A DNA stretch of 32,000 bases from the NCBI RefSeq assembly GCF_000011465.1, contig NC_005072.1, positions 1,590,001 through 1,622,000 of the forward strand, in the 5' to 3' direction. This stretch comes from Prochlorococcus marinus subsp. pastoris str. CCMP1986 (GTDB taxonomy: Bacteria > Cyanobacteriota > Cyanobacteriia > PCC-6307 > Cyanobiaceae). This document shows, piece after piece, positions 1 through 9,360 of this stretch (position 1 is the first letter of the stretch; every line of letters starts with the position of its first letter). A program made the translations under genes and the position numbers. The notes beneath the pieces are model-generated. The model saw only the letters and a list, made by a program, of their open reading frames with translations, did not search any database and had not been told where the DNA came from.

Positions 1-1
1 T

Positions 2-1510
2 GAAAAATGCGAATTATGTATACAAATAGCGGAAGGTAATGCCTTAGATATTATTGAAATTGATGCCGCATCTAATACTGGAGTTGAAAATATACGAGAA
101 ATAATTGATAGAGCAAGATTTGCCCCGACTCAAGCTAGATGGAAAGTATATGTTATCGATGAATGTCATATGCTTTCAACAGCTGCATCAAATGCTTTAC
201 TCAAAACTATTGAAGAACCTCCTGAAAGAGTTGTTTTTATTCTTGCAACAACAAATCCTGAAAGAGTCATAAATACCATTCAAAGTAGATGTCAGAAATT
301 TGATTTTAAAAGAATAAGCGCAAATACTATTTTCAACAACCTTTCTGCAATAGCAAATAAAGAATCAATTAAATTTGAAGATCAAGCTCTCAAACTAATT
401 GCAAAAAGATCAAATGGTGGAATGCGAGATGCACAAAGTTTACTAGATCAATTAAGTCTTCTTCCTAATGGCGTTACTACTAAAAATGTTCAAAGCTTAC
501 TTGGAGAAGTATCCGAAAATGATTTGACTGATTTAATCAATGCATTAATTAATAATCAGCCTGAGTCGTTATTAATTAGTTGTAATAACTTATATGATGC
601 AGGAAATGAACCAAATGAGATATTAGTTGGACTATTAAATATTACTAGAGACCTTTTACTTAAAACTTTAAATAATAATTATTCTGAAATGTACTATACC
701 TCTATTGAATTTCAAAATGAATTAAATAAATTCTCTTACAATGTTAGTAAGAACAGAATTATTGACTGGCATAACAAGCTTAAGAATGTTGATTATCAAA
801 TAAAAACAAGCGACAATCCAAGATTATGGTTGGAAATACACTTAACAAGTCTTCTTGAAAAAAATATCAATCAAACAATAATTAATAAGAAAGAATTAAT
901 TAATAAACAAGTTATCTCAGAAGATAATAAAAACCAAAATGAATCAGGAGATTTCAATAAGAAAGAATTAATTAATAAACAAGTTATCTCAGAAGATAAT
1001 AAAAACCAAAATGAATCAGGAGATTTCAATAAGAAAGAATTAATTAATAATCAGGACATTAACCAAAATTCTAAAAATGATAATCAAACTGATTATTTAA
1101 AAGAAAAGTGGGAGCTAATTCTTTCTAAATTAGAATTGCCATCAACAAAAATGCTACTTTCTCAGCAAGCAGAACTTGCCAGTATTGATTCGAATGAAGT
1201 TTTAATAGCATTATCTCCCAACTGGGAAAATATGATCAAAAGTCGAAAAGTAATAATTGAAAATGCTATAAAAAAAGTATTTGGGGATAAAGTAAAACTT
1301 AACTTTTCTAGCAAAAAAATTAATATTACTAAGACTGCAAACTTACAAGATAAAGTAATCAAGAAATTAAATGACAATTATGAAAAGCAAAGCACTAATT
1401 TTCATGATTCACCCTCCCCCACTAATAAACCTAAACCAGAATCCTATAATAATAGTCCCGAAAATTTAGCAAATTTTTTTAACGGAGAAATTGTTGATTT
1501 AGATGAATAA
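2..1510 (+). CDS. dnaX: DNA polymerase III subunit gamma/tau, 5' truncated by the window edge
   Basis: The frame is open from base 2 (EKCELCIQIAEGNALDIIEIDAASNTGVENIREIIDRARFAPTQARWKVYVIDECHMLS), which matches the DnaX AAA+ core with a DEcH Walker B. It continues as NALLKTIEEPPERVVFILATTNPERV. The supplied ORF start at 170 is an internal Met. Confidence 0.96.
   Translation, partial: EKCELCIQIAEGNALDIIEIDAASNTGVENIREIIDRARFAPTQARWKVYVIDECHMLSTAASNALLKTIEEPPERVVFILATTNPERVINTIQSRCQKFDFKRISANTIFNNLSAIANKESIKFEDQALKLIAKRSNGGMRDAQSLLDQLSLLPNGVTTKNVQSLLGEVSENDLTDLINALINNQPESLLISCNNLYDAGNEPNEILVGLLNITRDLLLKTLNNNYSEMYYTSIEFQNELNKFSYNVSKNRIIDWHNKLKNVDYQIKTSDNPRLWLEIHLTSLLEKNINQTIINKKELINKQVISEDNKNQNESGDFNKKELINKQVISEDNKNQNESGDFNKKELINNQDINQNSKNDNQTDYLKEKWELILSKLELPSTKMLLSQQAELASIDSNEVLIALSPNWENMIKSRKVIIENAIKKVFGDKVKLNFSSKKINITKTANLQDKVIKKLNDNYEKQSTNFHDSPSPTNKPKPESYNNSPENLANFFNGEIVDLDE
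884..1054 (+). repeat. 72-bp in-frame tandem repeat in dnaX: two full copies (884-955, 956-1027) plus a partial third (1028-1054)
   Basis: Read directly. The unit aataagaaagaattaattaataaacaagttatctcagaagataataaaaaccaaaatgaatcaggagatttc encodes NKKELINKQVISEDNKNQNESGDF. Confidence 0.95.
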
Positions 1511-1511
1511 C

Positions 1512-2813
1512 TTAAACACCAGTATGAAGTGTTTTCTTCCAGAGAATCTTTTTAGGAAAAAGAGACATTTTTATTGTTACCCATGGTATAACTAAAAACC
1601 AATGAGATAGATATACAAGAGAAACTAACATCATCATCAAATTGAGATTTTGTAAAACTGGACCCTCACTCTTGCATGAAGAGCCATACCAAACTGCAAT
1701 TCCAGACAAAGTAAATGCTGTTATGGAGATTGGCCAATAACTGGGTGATTCCGTTAGAGCAATACTTAAAATCAAATCAACCAAAGAAATAATAGGCAAG
1801 GCATATTGCAAGATAAAGAAAAAGGTTAAATCAAACTTTTGAATAAGTTCAATTTTTTTTGAAAATAATTGCTCCCCATAATCAAAAAATCTTTGCAAAC
1901 CACCTTCAGCCCATCTTTGTCTCTGTGAAAATAAAGCAGATATATTTTCAACTGCTTCTTCCATAACAGGAGGATCCCAGAGAATCCCAATTTTTGATTT
2001 AGAAAGTAAAAGCCTAAGGCTTAAATCCAAGTCATCAGTAACTGTATCTTCATTAAACGAACCACATTTAAGTAAAACTTCTTTATTAATTAATTGACCA
2101 TTACCTCTCAATTCAGATACTCCCGCAACAGATAATCTCCCATATTGAAAAATTGCATCCATTGCCATTTCCATAGACTGACAAGTGGTTAAAAAATTCT
2201 TACTTACATTTATGACGGATTTTCTTAATTGCACTGCTGACCAAGATCCCGCATAAACGAAACGAAATAGTCTTGGTAGAGTATCATTCTTCAATTGAGC
2301 ATCAGCATCTAGTATTAATAACCATTCTCCGTGTGTAAACTTTAAAGCATAATTTAATGCTCCTGATTTACCACCTCCAGCATTTGCAGATCTAGTAATA
2401 ATTTTTAATTTATCAAACTCTTTAGATAACCTTTCCAAAATTAAAGGTGTCTTATCAGAACTACCATCATCAATGATATAAATATTTAATTTATTAATTG
2501 GATAATCTAAATCAAATAATCTCTCAACTAATCTTTCAATAACATTTTCTTCATCTCTGGCAGCAACTAAAATATCGAGAGCAGGTAACTTATCATTACT
2601 AATTATCTTTTCGTTACTTTGTGAAGAAACACTTCTTTTTATATTTTTTGAAATTACATTTAATCCATAACAAGCAACTAAAAAAGAAATCGTTATTGTA
2701 AAAAATAGAAAATATTTGTATTGAAAGATATGAGGAATAGTACTTACTAATAAACAAACAGCAAGAAATAAAAATGATTTTAATCTTCGATTTTTATAAA
2801 AACCATTACTCAT
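1512..2813 (-). CDS. Family 2 glycosyltransferase, membrane-associated, processive-type
   Basis: ALDILVAARDEENVIERLVERLFDLDYP, IIDDGSSDKT, LDADAQL, TEDLDLSLRLL and QRQRWAEGG (QxxRW) motifs, with N- and C-terminal hydrophobic segments. Confidence 0.88.
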   Translation of the reverse strand: MSNGFYKNRRLKSFLFLAVCLLVSTIPHIFQYKYFLFFTITISFLVACYGLNVISKNIKRSVSSQSNEKIISNDKLPALDILVAARDEENVIERLVERLFDLDYPINKLNIYIIDDGSSDKTPLILERLSKEFDKLKIITRSANAGGGKSGALNYALKFTHGEWLLILDADAQLKNDTLPRLFRFVYAGSWSAVQLRKSVINVSKNFLTTCQSMEMAMDAIFQYGRLSVAGVSELRGNGQLINKEVLLKCGSFNEDTVTDDLDLSLRLLLSKSKIGILWDPPVMEEAVENISALFSQRQRWAEGGLQRFFDYGEQLFSKKIELIQKFDLTFFFILQYALPIISLVDLILSIALTESPSYWPISITAFTLSGIAVWYGSSCKSEGPVLQNLNLMMMLVSLVYLSHWFLVIPWVTIKMSLFPKKILWKKTLHTGV

Positions 2814-2841
2814 AAATGCTAATTTATAATTTTCATTTTAA

Positions 2842-4380
2842 TTATTGAGACGATATCTCAATTTTTTTAATTTTTGTTCCCTTATAGTAATGATTCAATA
2901 TTTGTTCATAAGTAAAGCCTAATTCAGCCATTTCTATCGCTCCTGATTGAGATAAACCTACACCATGACCGAAGCCACCTCCTTTAAAAAGCCAAAGATT
3001 ATCATTTAATTTATTAATAGTGAATAAATTACTCGGCAAAAAACTCAATATTCGACGAATATCATCTTTTACAAGAACTATTGGTTTCTTTAAATTTTTT
3101 AACTTAATTTCTAATTTTGTTACTCTTCCACTGAAGCCTCTATCAATAATATTTAGATCAACCAAATCTGATTTCTCCTTAATTGATTGATTATTTAATA
3201 GATTATTTTGTATCATCTCGTTAGAAATTATTTTCTCCCACCGAAAAAGAGAATGCTTTCTACCATAAACTTTTTCATCTGCAAACTCAAGAAATTTATT
3301 TAATTCATCCCCACTTTTAATTGGAAGTCTAAAAGCTTTTTTTAAAGCATTTGAACCATCAATCATTGAATTAAGATAACGATAATCTTTTATTTGCCAA
3401 GATTCACTTGCCCTAGCTGATATGCCTCCATTAGATCCATGATAAAAGGAATTAATTGGTTTCTTTTTATAAGTGATTATTAAATTTGAAGTATCTTCTA
3501 TCGCTTTATGTACATTTTTATATTCAATCAAATGAGGTTTATAAACTTGGCATTGAGTAGTTATACACAAATGATATTGATCAATTTTAAATCTATCGGA
3601 ATTATAAAGTGCCCAAGTTCTCGCAATTACTGCTTGTGCTTTCAATGCCTCTAAAGGTGAATTAGAGCCAATTTCATGTGGCAGAACACCTTTTAAGTAA
3701 TCATCAAATTTGATTTTCTGGATCAACGTCCAAGTTCCATATGAATCTTTAGCTAAATAAAACTTTTTACCCAAATTTATATCATTAATACTTATCTCTT
3801 GAGATGAAGATATATATATCGGGCCTTGGAGTTCATGTTGCGAATATTCAGTAACAAGGAAAGGGATAATTTTTGACTTGTAGGATTTTTTAAACAGTCT
3901 ATAGTTTAGTTTTTTGTCAGGAAGATTTTTGCCAACTGGAATCCAAACTTCCCAATTGTTTGGAAAGGCAACTAGAGCTTGATAACCTTTTTCTTTTAAT
4001 TTTTCAGCTTGCTTTTGTGCCGATTCATAGCTTGCAAATGGACCAAATACTATTCTTTCAACAGTGAAAGGGGTTATCAAGTTTTTTTTCTTCAAAACAA
4101 TATTTATTTTTTTGGATTTGTGTTTTAAACCATTAGTAGAATGGAGTTTTAAAAATTCATTTTTTGTAGTAAAAGTAATATTATTTTTTTTTGGAAAGTT
4201 ATCACTCCTAGCTCCTAAGTATTGTTTTAATCCAATTAAAAAATTACCTTTTTTTAATTCTTGAGTAAGATTTATTTTTGAAGATTCATCTGCAAAGCCA
4301 CTTAATGTCAGTATTGGAGAAATTGAACAAAATAACCAACATCCATAAATGAGAAACTTTAAGTTCAATTTGCGCAGCAT
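2842..4380 (-). CDS. SpoIID/LytB domain protein (amidase-enhancer-like) with an N-terminal SPOR-like segment
   Basis: DDYLKGVLPHEIG, ALKAQAVIARTWAL, CQVYKPH, FYHGSNGGISARASESW and GGGFGHGVGLSQSGAIEMAELGFTYEQILNHYYKGTKI are typical SpoIID motifs. FGPFASYESAQKQAEKLKEKGYQALV is SPOR-like. Confidence 0.85.
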   Translation of the reverse strand: MLRKLNLKFLIYGCWLFCSISPILTLSGFADESSKINLTQELKKGNFLIGLKQYLGARSDNFPKKNNITFTTKNEFLKLHSTNGLKHKSKKINIVLKKKNLITPFTVERIVFGPFASYESAQKQAEKLKEKGYQALVAFPNNWEVWIPVGKNLPDKKLNYRLFKKSYKSKIIPFLVTEYSQHELQGPIYISSSQEISINDINLGKKFYLAKDSYGTWTLIQKIKFDDYLKGVLPHEIGSNSPLEALKAQAVIARTWALYNSDRFKIDQYHLCITTQCQVYKPHLIEYKNVHKAIEDTSNLIITYKKKPINSFYHGSNGGISARASESWQIKDYRYLNSMIDGSNALKKAFRLPIKSGDELNKFLEFADEKVYGRKHSLFRWEKIISNEMIQNNLLNNQSIKEKSDLVDLNIIDRGFSGRVTKLEIKLKNLKKPIVLVKDDIRRILSFLPSNLFTINKLNDNLWLFKGGGFGHGVGLSQSGAIEMAELGFTYEQILNHYYKGTKIKKIEISSQ

Positions 4381-4471
4381 AAGTTCGACATTACCTTTTC
4401 AATTCAAAACTTTAATTTGCACCAATGCATATAAAGGTTTAGATTATCTAGATTAAACATTATCAAGGTAA

Positions 4472-4669
4472 ATGTCTAAACTTAAAACTCGTAAATCAGC
4501 AGCTAAAAGATTTAAAGCTACTGCTACGGGTAAATTTACTAGAAGAAGAGCTTTCCATAATCATTTATTAGATCACAAAAGCTCAAAATTGAAGAGACAT
4601 CTTAAAACAAAAGCTGTTGTTGATGAAAGAGATGCTGATAATGTAAAATTAATGATTCCTTACGCTTAA
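4472..4669 (+). CDS. rpmI: 50S ribosomal protein L35
   Basis: [42 protein letters not shown]; immediately upstream of rplT. Confidence 0.98.
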   Translation: MSKLKTRKSAAKRFKATATGKFTRRRAFHNHLLDHKSSKLKRHLKTKAVVDERDADNVKLMIPYA

Positions 4670-4699
4670 GAGCATTCAAATTACTTTTAAAATAAATTT

Positions 4700-5047
4700 A
4701 TGGCACGCGTTAAAAGAGGCAACATAGCCAGAAAAAGAAGAAACAAAATCTTAAACCTTGCTAAAGGTTTCAGAGGAGGAAACAAAAATCTTTTTAGAAC
4801 AGCAAATCAAAGAGTAATGAAAGCTCTTTGCAACGCTTATAGAGATAGAAGAAGAAGAAAAAGAGATTTCAGAAGACTTTGGATCTCAAGAATAAATGCC
4901 TCGGCAAGAATTAATGGCACAAATTACAGCAGATTAATTAATGGGATGAAGAACTCTGAGATAATTATCAATAGAAAAATGCTTGCACAATTAGCTTTAA
5001 GCGATCCACAATGTTTTGAAAAAATAGTTTCTACCGTAAACAATTAA
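4700..5047 (+). CDS. rplT: 50S ribosomal protein L20
   Basis: [43 protein letters not shown]. Confidence 0.99.
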   Translation: MARVKRGNIARKRRNKILNLAKGFRGGNKNLFRTANQRVMKALCNAYRDRRRRKRDFRRLWISRINASARINGTNYSRLINGMKNSEIIINRKMLAQLALSDPQCFEKIVSTVNN

Positions 5048-5085
5048 ATTAAAAAAATAAAATTGTTCAAAATATCTTATAAGTA

Positions 5086-5643
5086 ATGGAAATATCTTCC
5101 TTTCAATCCTATTTGATCATCCTTTTTATAGTACTTATAATAATCTCTATTTTTGTATTTCGACAATTTCTTAGGACAAGAAAGGAAGAATTAAATTTAG
5201 TAAAATTTGAGCAAAAAGGCCTTAATTCACTAACAAAAGCTTCTGAATTATATGAATTTGGCTCTATCCAAATTAAAAAAAGGTTATATACAGAGGCCTC
5301 TAAGACTTTTCTGAAAGCTGTTGAATCTTATGATAATGAACCAGACGAAGCAAAAGCCATTATTGAAAATGCTCTCGGTTTTTCTTATGCAGCACAAAAT
5401 GAGTTTAAAAAAGCAATCAAGCACTATAACTCAGCTATAAAATCACTCCCTGAATATACAGTCGCTTTAAATAATCTGGCATCCGCACAACAACGATTGC
5501 TGGAATATGATTTGGCATATGCAACTTATAAGAAAGTTTTAGTAATAGATCCAAACAACAAAACAGCAATTAAAAAGAGCAAAGAACTTGAAAAAAGAAA
5601 TAATTACACACCTTTCAAAGGAATAAAAGATAAAGGATTTTAA
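5086..5643 (+). CDS. TPR repeat protein with an N-terminal transmembrane helix
   Basis: Hydrophobic N-terminus ([21 protein letters not shown]) followed by TPR-like units ([71 protein letters not shown]). Confidence 0.82.
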   Translation: MEISSFQSYLIILFIVLIIISIFVFRQFLRTRKEELNLVKFEQKGLNSLTKASELYEFGSIQIKKRLYTEASKTFLKAVESYDNEPDEAKAIIENALGFSYAAQNEFKKAIKHYNSAIKSLPEYTVALNNLASAQQRLLEYDLAYATYKKVLVIDPNNKTAIKKSKELEKRNNYTPFKGIKDKGF

Positions 5644-5644
5644 A

Positions 5645-6442
5645 ATGAAAGAAGATTCATGTTTACAAATTGGAGGTAAAAGCTTCTCAAGTAGGTTGAT
5701 GGTTGGTACAGGAAAATATACGTCTTCGGAAGTCATGCTAGAGAGTTTAGCTAATACTGAATCTGAAATAGTGACTGTCGCAGTGAGAAGAATTCAAAAT
5801 AATCAAAATGGAGAAAATTTACTGGAAAAAATTGACTGGAAAAAATTCTGGATGCTTCCTAATACTGCTGGTTGTACCAATTCAGACGAGGCAATAAGAA
5901 TAGCAATTTTAGGAAGAGAACTTGCCAAATTATCAGGTCAAGAAGAAAATAATTTCGTCAAATTAGAAGTTATTCCTGACAAAAAATATTTATTACCTGA
6001 TCCTATTGAAACCCTTAAAGCAGCTGAAATATTGATAAATAAAGATTTTATTGTTCTTCCATATATAAATGCTGATCCAATATTAGCAAAAAAGTTAGAG
6101 GAGATAGGTTGTTCGACTGTGATGCCATTAGGATCACCCATCGGCTCTGGTCAAGGCCTTTTAAATTTATCTAATATATCCATAATTATTGAAAATTCTA
6201 ATATTCCAGTCATAATTGATGCCGGCATAGGTGTACCTAGTGAAGCTTCTCAGGCTATGGAACTTGGAGCAGATGGAGTTTTAATCAATAGTGCTATCGC
6301 ATTAGCTAAAAACCCGTTAAAAATGGCTAAAGCGATGAATTATGGGGTAAAAGCAGGAAGAGAAGCTTTTTTAGCTGGAAGAATTGAAAAGCAGAAGTTA
6401 GCAAACGCTAGTTCACCTGAAATAAATATCTCAATAAAGTAA
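5645..6442 (+). CDS. thiG: Thiazole synthase
   Basis: [86 protein letters not shown]. Confidence 0.97.
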   Translation: MKEDSCLQIGGKSFSSRLMVGTGKYTSSEVMLESLANTESEIVTVAVRRIQNNQNGENLLEKIDWKKFWMLPNTAGCTNSDEAIRIAILGRELAKLSGQEENNFVKLEVIPDKKYLLPDPIETLKAAEILINKDFIVLPYINADPILAKKLEEIGCSTVMPLGSPIGSGQGLLNLSNISIIIENSNIPVIIDAGIGVPSEASQAMELGADGVLINSAIALAKNPLKMAKAMNYGVKAGREAFLAGRIEKQKLANASSPEINISIK

Positions 6443-6608
6443 TTTGATTCTTTAAAAATAATTTTAATATTAAAAAAATTGTAAGAATAGCCAATTTATT
6501 AATTAAAGAGAAAAGATTTGAAACTTTTTACAATCTTTTTTCACATTTTGGAAGCACTCTGTAGTAATTTAATAAATATAAAATGACATTTTAATTCTGG
6601 AGTTTTGA

Positions 6609-7802
6609 GTGAAAGTAATTGTTCTTGGCGGAGATGGTTTTTGCGGTTGGCCTTGTGCGGTGAATTTAGCGGAACAAAATCATGAAGTAATTATAGTTGA
6701 CAACCTAAGTCGCAGAAAAATAGATATTGATCTTGAAGTGGAATCGTTAACCCCAATTTCTTCCATAAATGAAAGACTTTCTGCATGGGAAGAGACTGGT
6801 GGAAAACCAATAAAATTTATTAATATTGATCTTTCGAAACAATATCAAAAATTACTAAACTTACTTATTGAGGAAAAACCTGATTCAATTGTACATTTTG
6901 CTGAACAAAGGGCTGCACCTTACTCAATGAAATCAAGTTTTACCAAAAGATATACAGTTGATAATAATGTGAATGGTACTCATAATTTACTTGCTGCAAT
7001 TGTAGAAAGTAATTTAGATATTCATATTGTTCATTTAGGAACCATGGGGGTATATGGATATGGATCACATAGAGGCGCAACAATTCCTGAAGGTTATTTA
7101 AAAGTTGAAGTACCTCAACCAGATGGAAGTCGTTTTGAAGAAGAAATTCTTCATCCCGCCAGTCCTGGCAGCGTTTATCACATGACAAAGACATTAGATC
7201 AATTATTATTTCTTTATTACAACAAAAACGACTTGATTAGAATCACAGATTTACATCAAGGCATTGTTTGGGGCACAAATACAGAAACAACATTAAAAGA
7301 TCCAAGATTGACAAATAGATTCGATTATGACGGCGATTACGGTACAGTTCTTAATAGATTTCTCATGCAAGCAGCGATCGGATATCCCCTTACTGTGCAT
7401 GGAACAGGAGGACAGACAAGAGCTTTTATACATATTAAAGATTCAGTAAAATGCGTTCAACTAGCTCTAGAAAATCCTCCAAAATCTGGCGAACGAGTAA
7501 AAATTTTCAATCAAATGACAGAAAGTCACCAGGTTGGAGAATTAGCTAAAAAAGTTGCTTCTCTTACTGGAGCAGAAATCAATTATTTACCAAATCCTCG
7601 AAATGAAGCTGTCGAAAATGATTTAATAGTTGATAATAAATGTTTCATAGAATTGGGGCTTAATCCCACCACTCTTGATAATGGCTTATTAGAAGAAGTT
7701 GTTGAAGTAGCTAAAAAATACTCTTTGAGATGTGATAAAAAAAGAATTCCTTGTATTTCAACTTGGACGAAAAAACAGGCTAAAGCAATAAAAACTAATT
7801 AA
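6609..7802 (+). CDS. sqdB: UDP-sulfoquinovose synthase (sulfolipid biosynthesis); GTG start
   Basis: VLGGDGFCGWPCAVNLAEQNHEVIIVDNLSRR, HFAEQRAAPYSMKS, HLGTMGVYGYG, ASPGSVYHMTKTLDQLL and YNKNDLIRITDLHQGIVWG are characteristic of the SQD1/SqdB family. Confidence 0.96.
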   Translation: MKVIVLGGDGFCGWPCAVNLAEQNHEVIIVDNLSRRKIDIDLEVESLTPISSINERLSAWEETGGKPIKFINIDLSKQYQKLLNLLIEEKPDSIVHFAEQRAAPYSMKSSFTKRYTVDNNVNGTHNLLAAIVESNLDIHIVHLGTMGVYGYGSHRGATIPEGYLKVEVPQPDGSRFEEEILHPASPGSVYHMTKTLDQLLFLYYNKNDLIRITDLHQGIVWGTNTETTLKDPRLTNRFDYDGDYGTVLNRFLMQAAIGYPLTVHGTGGQTRAFIHIKDSVKCVQLALENPPKSGERVKIFNQMTESHQVGELAKKVASLTGAEINYLPNPRNEAVENDLIVDNKCFIELGLNPTTLDNGLLEEVVEVAKKYSLRCDKKRIPCISTWTKKQAKAIKTN

Positions 7803-7830
7803 AAATAGTTTTAATATCTAACTTAAAAAA

Positions 7831-8964
7831 GTGAAAATTGCATTCTTTACTGAAACTTTTCTACCTAAAGTTGACGGAATAGTCACAAGACTAACTAAGA
7901 CCATCGAATTTTTAACAAAAAATGGTGATGAAGTTATAGTGTTTTGTCCTGAAGGATGTCCTGATTCTTATAAAGGAGCAACAATAGTAGGAGTTGCTGC
8001 AATGCCTCTACCTTTATATCCTGAATTAAAATTAGGCTTACCTGGCCCTGCAGTCTCTGATAAGTTAGAAGAATTCAAGCCAGACTTAGTACATGTAGTT
8101 AATCCCGCTGTACTTGGACTTGGAGGCATATGGCTAGCAAAAACAAATAATATTCCTCTAATTGCAAGTTACCATACACATCTTCCAAAATATCTTGAAC
8201 ACTACGGAATGGGAATGTTAGAACCCCTTTTATGGGAGTTGTTAAAAGCAGCTCATAATCAAGCCTTATTAAACCTTTGTACCTCAACTGCAATGGTTAA
8301 TGAACTCGAAGATAAAGGAATACAGAGGACTGCTTTATGGCAAAGGGGTGTCGATACTGAAAACTTCAGACCAGAATTACGAAGCGAAAAAATGAGAGAA
8401 AAATTATTTGGAAAATATCAAAATACGGATTCACTTTTGATTTATGTAGGTAGATTATCAGCAGAAAAGCAAATTGAAAGAATTAAGCCTGTATTAGATA
8501 ATATACCCGGAGCATGTCTCGCTCTAGTGGGAGATGGTCCCTACAGAGGGCAGTTGGAAAAGATTTTTGAAAACACAAACACAAATTTCATAGGTTATTT
8601 ATCTGGTGAAGAACTAGCCAGTGCTTACGCATCCGGAGATATATTCTTATTCCCATCAAGCACAGAAACTCTTGGGTTAGTATTGTTAGAAGCAATGGCT
8701 GCAGGATGCCCAGTAATAGGGGCTAATAAAGGTGGTATCCCAGATATTATCAATAATGGAATAAATGGTTGTTTATATAACCCAGATGAAAAAGACAATG
8801 GAGAAAGAAGTTTAATTGAGGCTACTAAAAAAATCCTTGCAGATAAGAATAAAAAAGAAGCTATGAGAAAAGAAGCTAGGAAAGAAGCTGAACAATGGGA
8901 CTGGAACCAAGCTACTCTTCAATTACAAAAATATTATGCAGAAACACTTGAAAACATTTCCTAA
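7831..8964 (+). CDS. sqdX: Sulfoquinovosyltransferase, GT4 family
   Basis: MKIAFFTETFLPKVDGIVTRLTKTIEFL, VGRLSAEKQIERIKPVL and FPSSTETLGLVLLEAMAAGCPVIGANKGGIPDII; located directly downstream of sqdB. Confidence 0.93.
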   Translation: MKIAFFTETFLPKVDGIVTRLTKTIEFLTKNGDEVIVFCPEGCPDSYKGATIVGVAAMPLPLYPELKLGLPGPAVSDKLEEFKPDLVHVVNPAVLGLGGIWLAKTNNIPLIASYHTHLPKYLEHYGMGMLEPLLWELLKAAHNQALLNLCTSTAMVNELEDKGIQRTALWQRGVDTENFRPELRSEKMREKLFGKYQNTDSLLIYVGRLSAEKQIERIKPVLDNIPGACLALVGDGPYRGQLEKIFENTNTNFIGYLSGEELASAYASGDIFLFPSSTETLGLVLLEAMAAGCPVIGANKGGIPDIINNGINGCLYNPDEKDNGERSLIEATKKILADKNKKEAMRKEARKEAEQWDWNQATLQLQKYYAETLENIS

Positions 8965-8975
8965 ATTTCTATAAA

Positions 8976-9227
8976 TTAAGCAACATGTGGGGGTGGAGTA
9001 GGATTAATAAATGTATTGATTGGAAGTATTAAAGTAGCTATATTTTGATTCTTATCGGGCCTCTGTTTTTTAGGAAATCTTTTTCCAAATGGTACTCTAA
9101 TTACATTAGTCCCTTCAACAGTATTTACCTTTGTATTATTCCGTAAGGAATTATTAACAAAATTTGGTAAATTCAAATTATTAATTGGCAAGCGCTTAAC
9201 CTTACCAGATTTAAAATCTTTGCTCAT
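8976..9227 (-). CDS. Small hypothetical protein, 83 aa
   Basis: Intact ORF in a compact genome, convergent with sqdX by 11 bp; no recognised domain. Confidence 0.55.
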   Translation of the reverse strand: MSKDFKSGKVKRLPINNLNLPNFVNNSLRNNTKVNTVEGTNVIRVPFGKRFPKKQRPDKNQNIATLILPINTFINPTPPPHVA

Positions 9228-9360
9228 AGCTTCAAATACCCCAAATAAATTTGATGCTTGATAATAATAATAATAATAAAATCTAAATAAATTCTATAAG
9301 AAAATATTAAATTTTTTATTCAATTTTACGGTAACTAAAAAACAAAAAGAATGCTAGTCT

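Noticed and set aside
4064-4264. 66-aa plus-strand ORF antisense to the 5' part of the SpoIID-like gene
   Set aside because: Phe/Lys-rich composition is what A/T-rich complementary coding sequence produces; no domain or ribosome-binding support.
5640-5646. TPP riboswitch ahead of thiG
   Set aside because: thiG starts immediately after the TPR gene stop, and no THI-box CUGAGA-like element is visible in a leader.
9251-9330. TAATAATAATAATAATA run near 9262-9280 as a functional repeat or CRISPR-like element
   Set aside because: A short AT trinucleotide microsatellite in an AT-rich spacer, with no spacer/repeat architecture.
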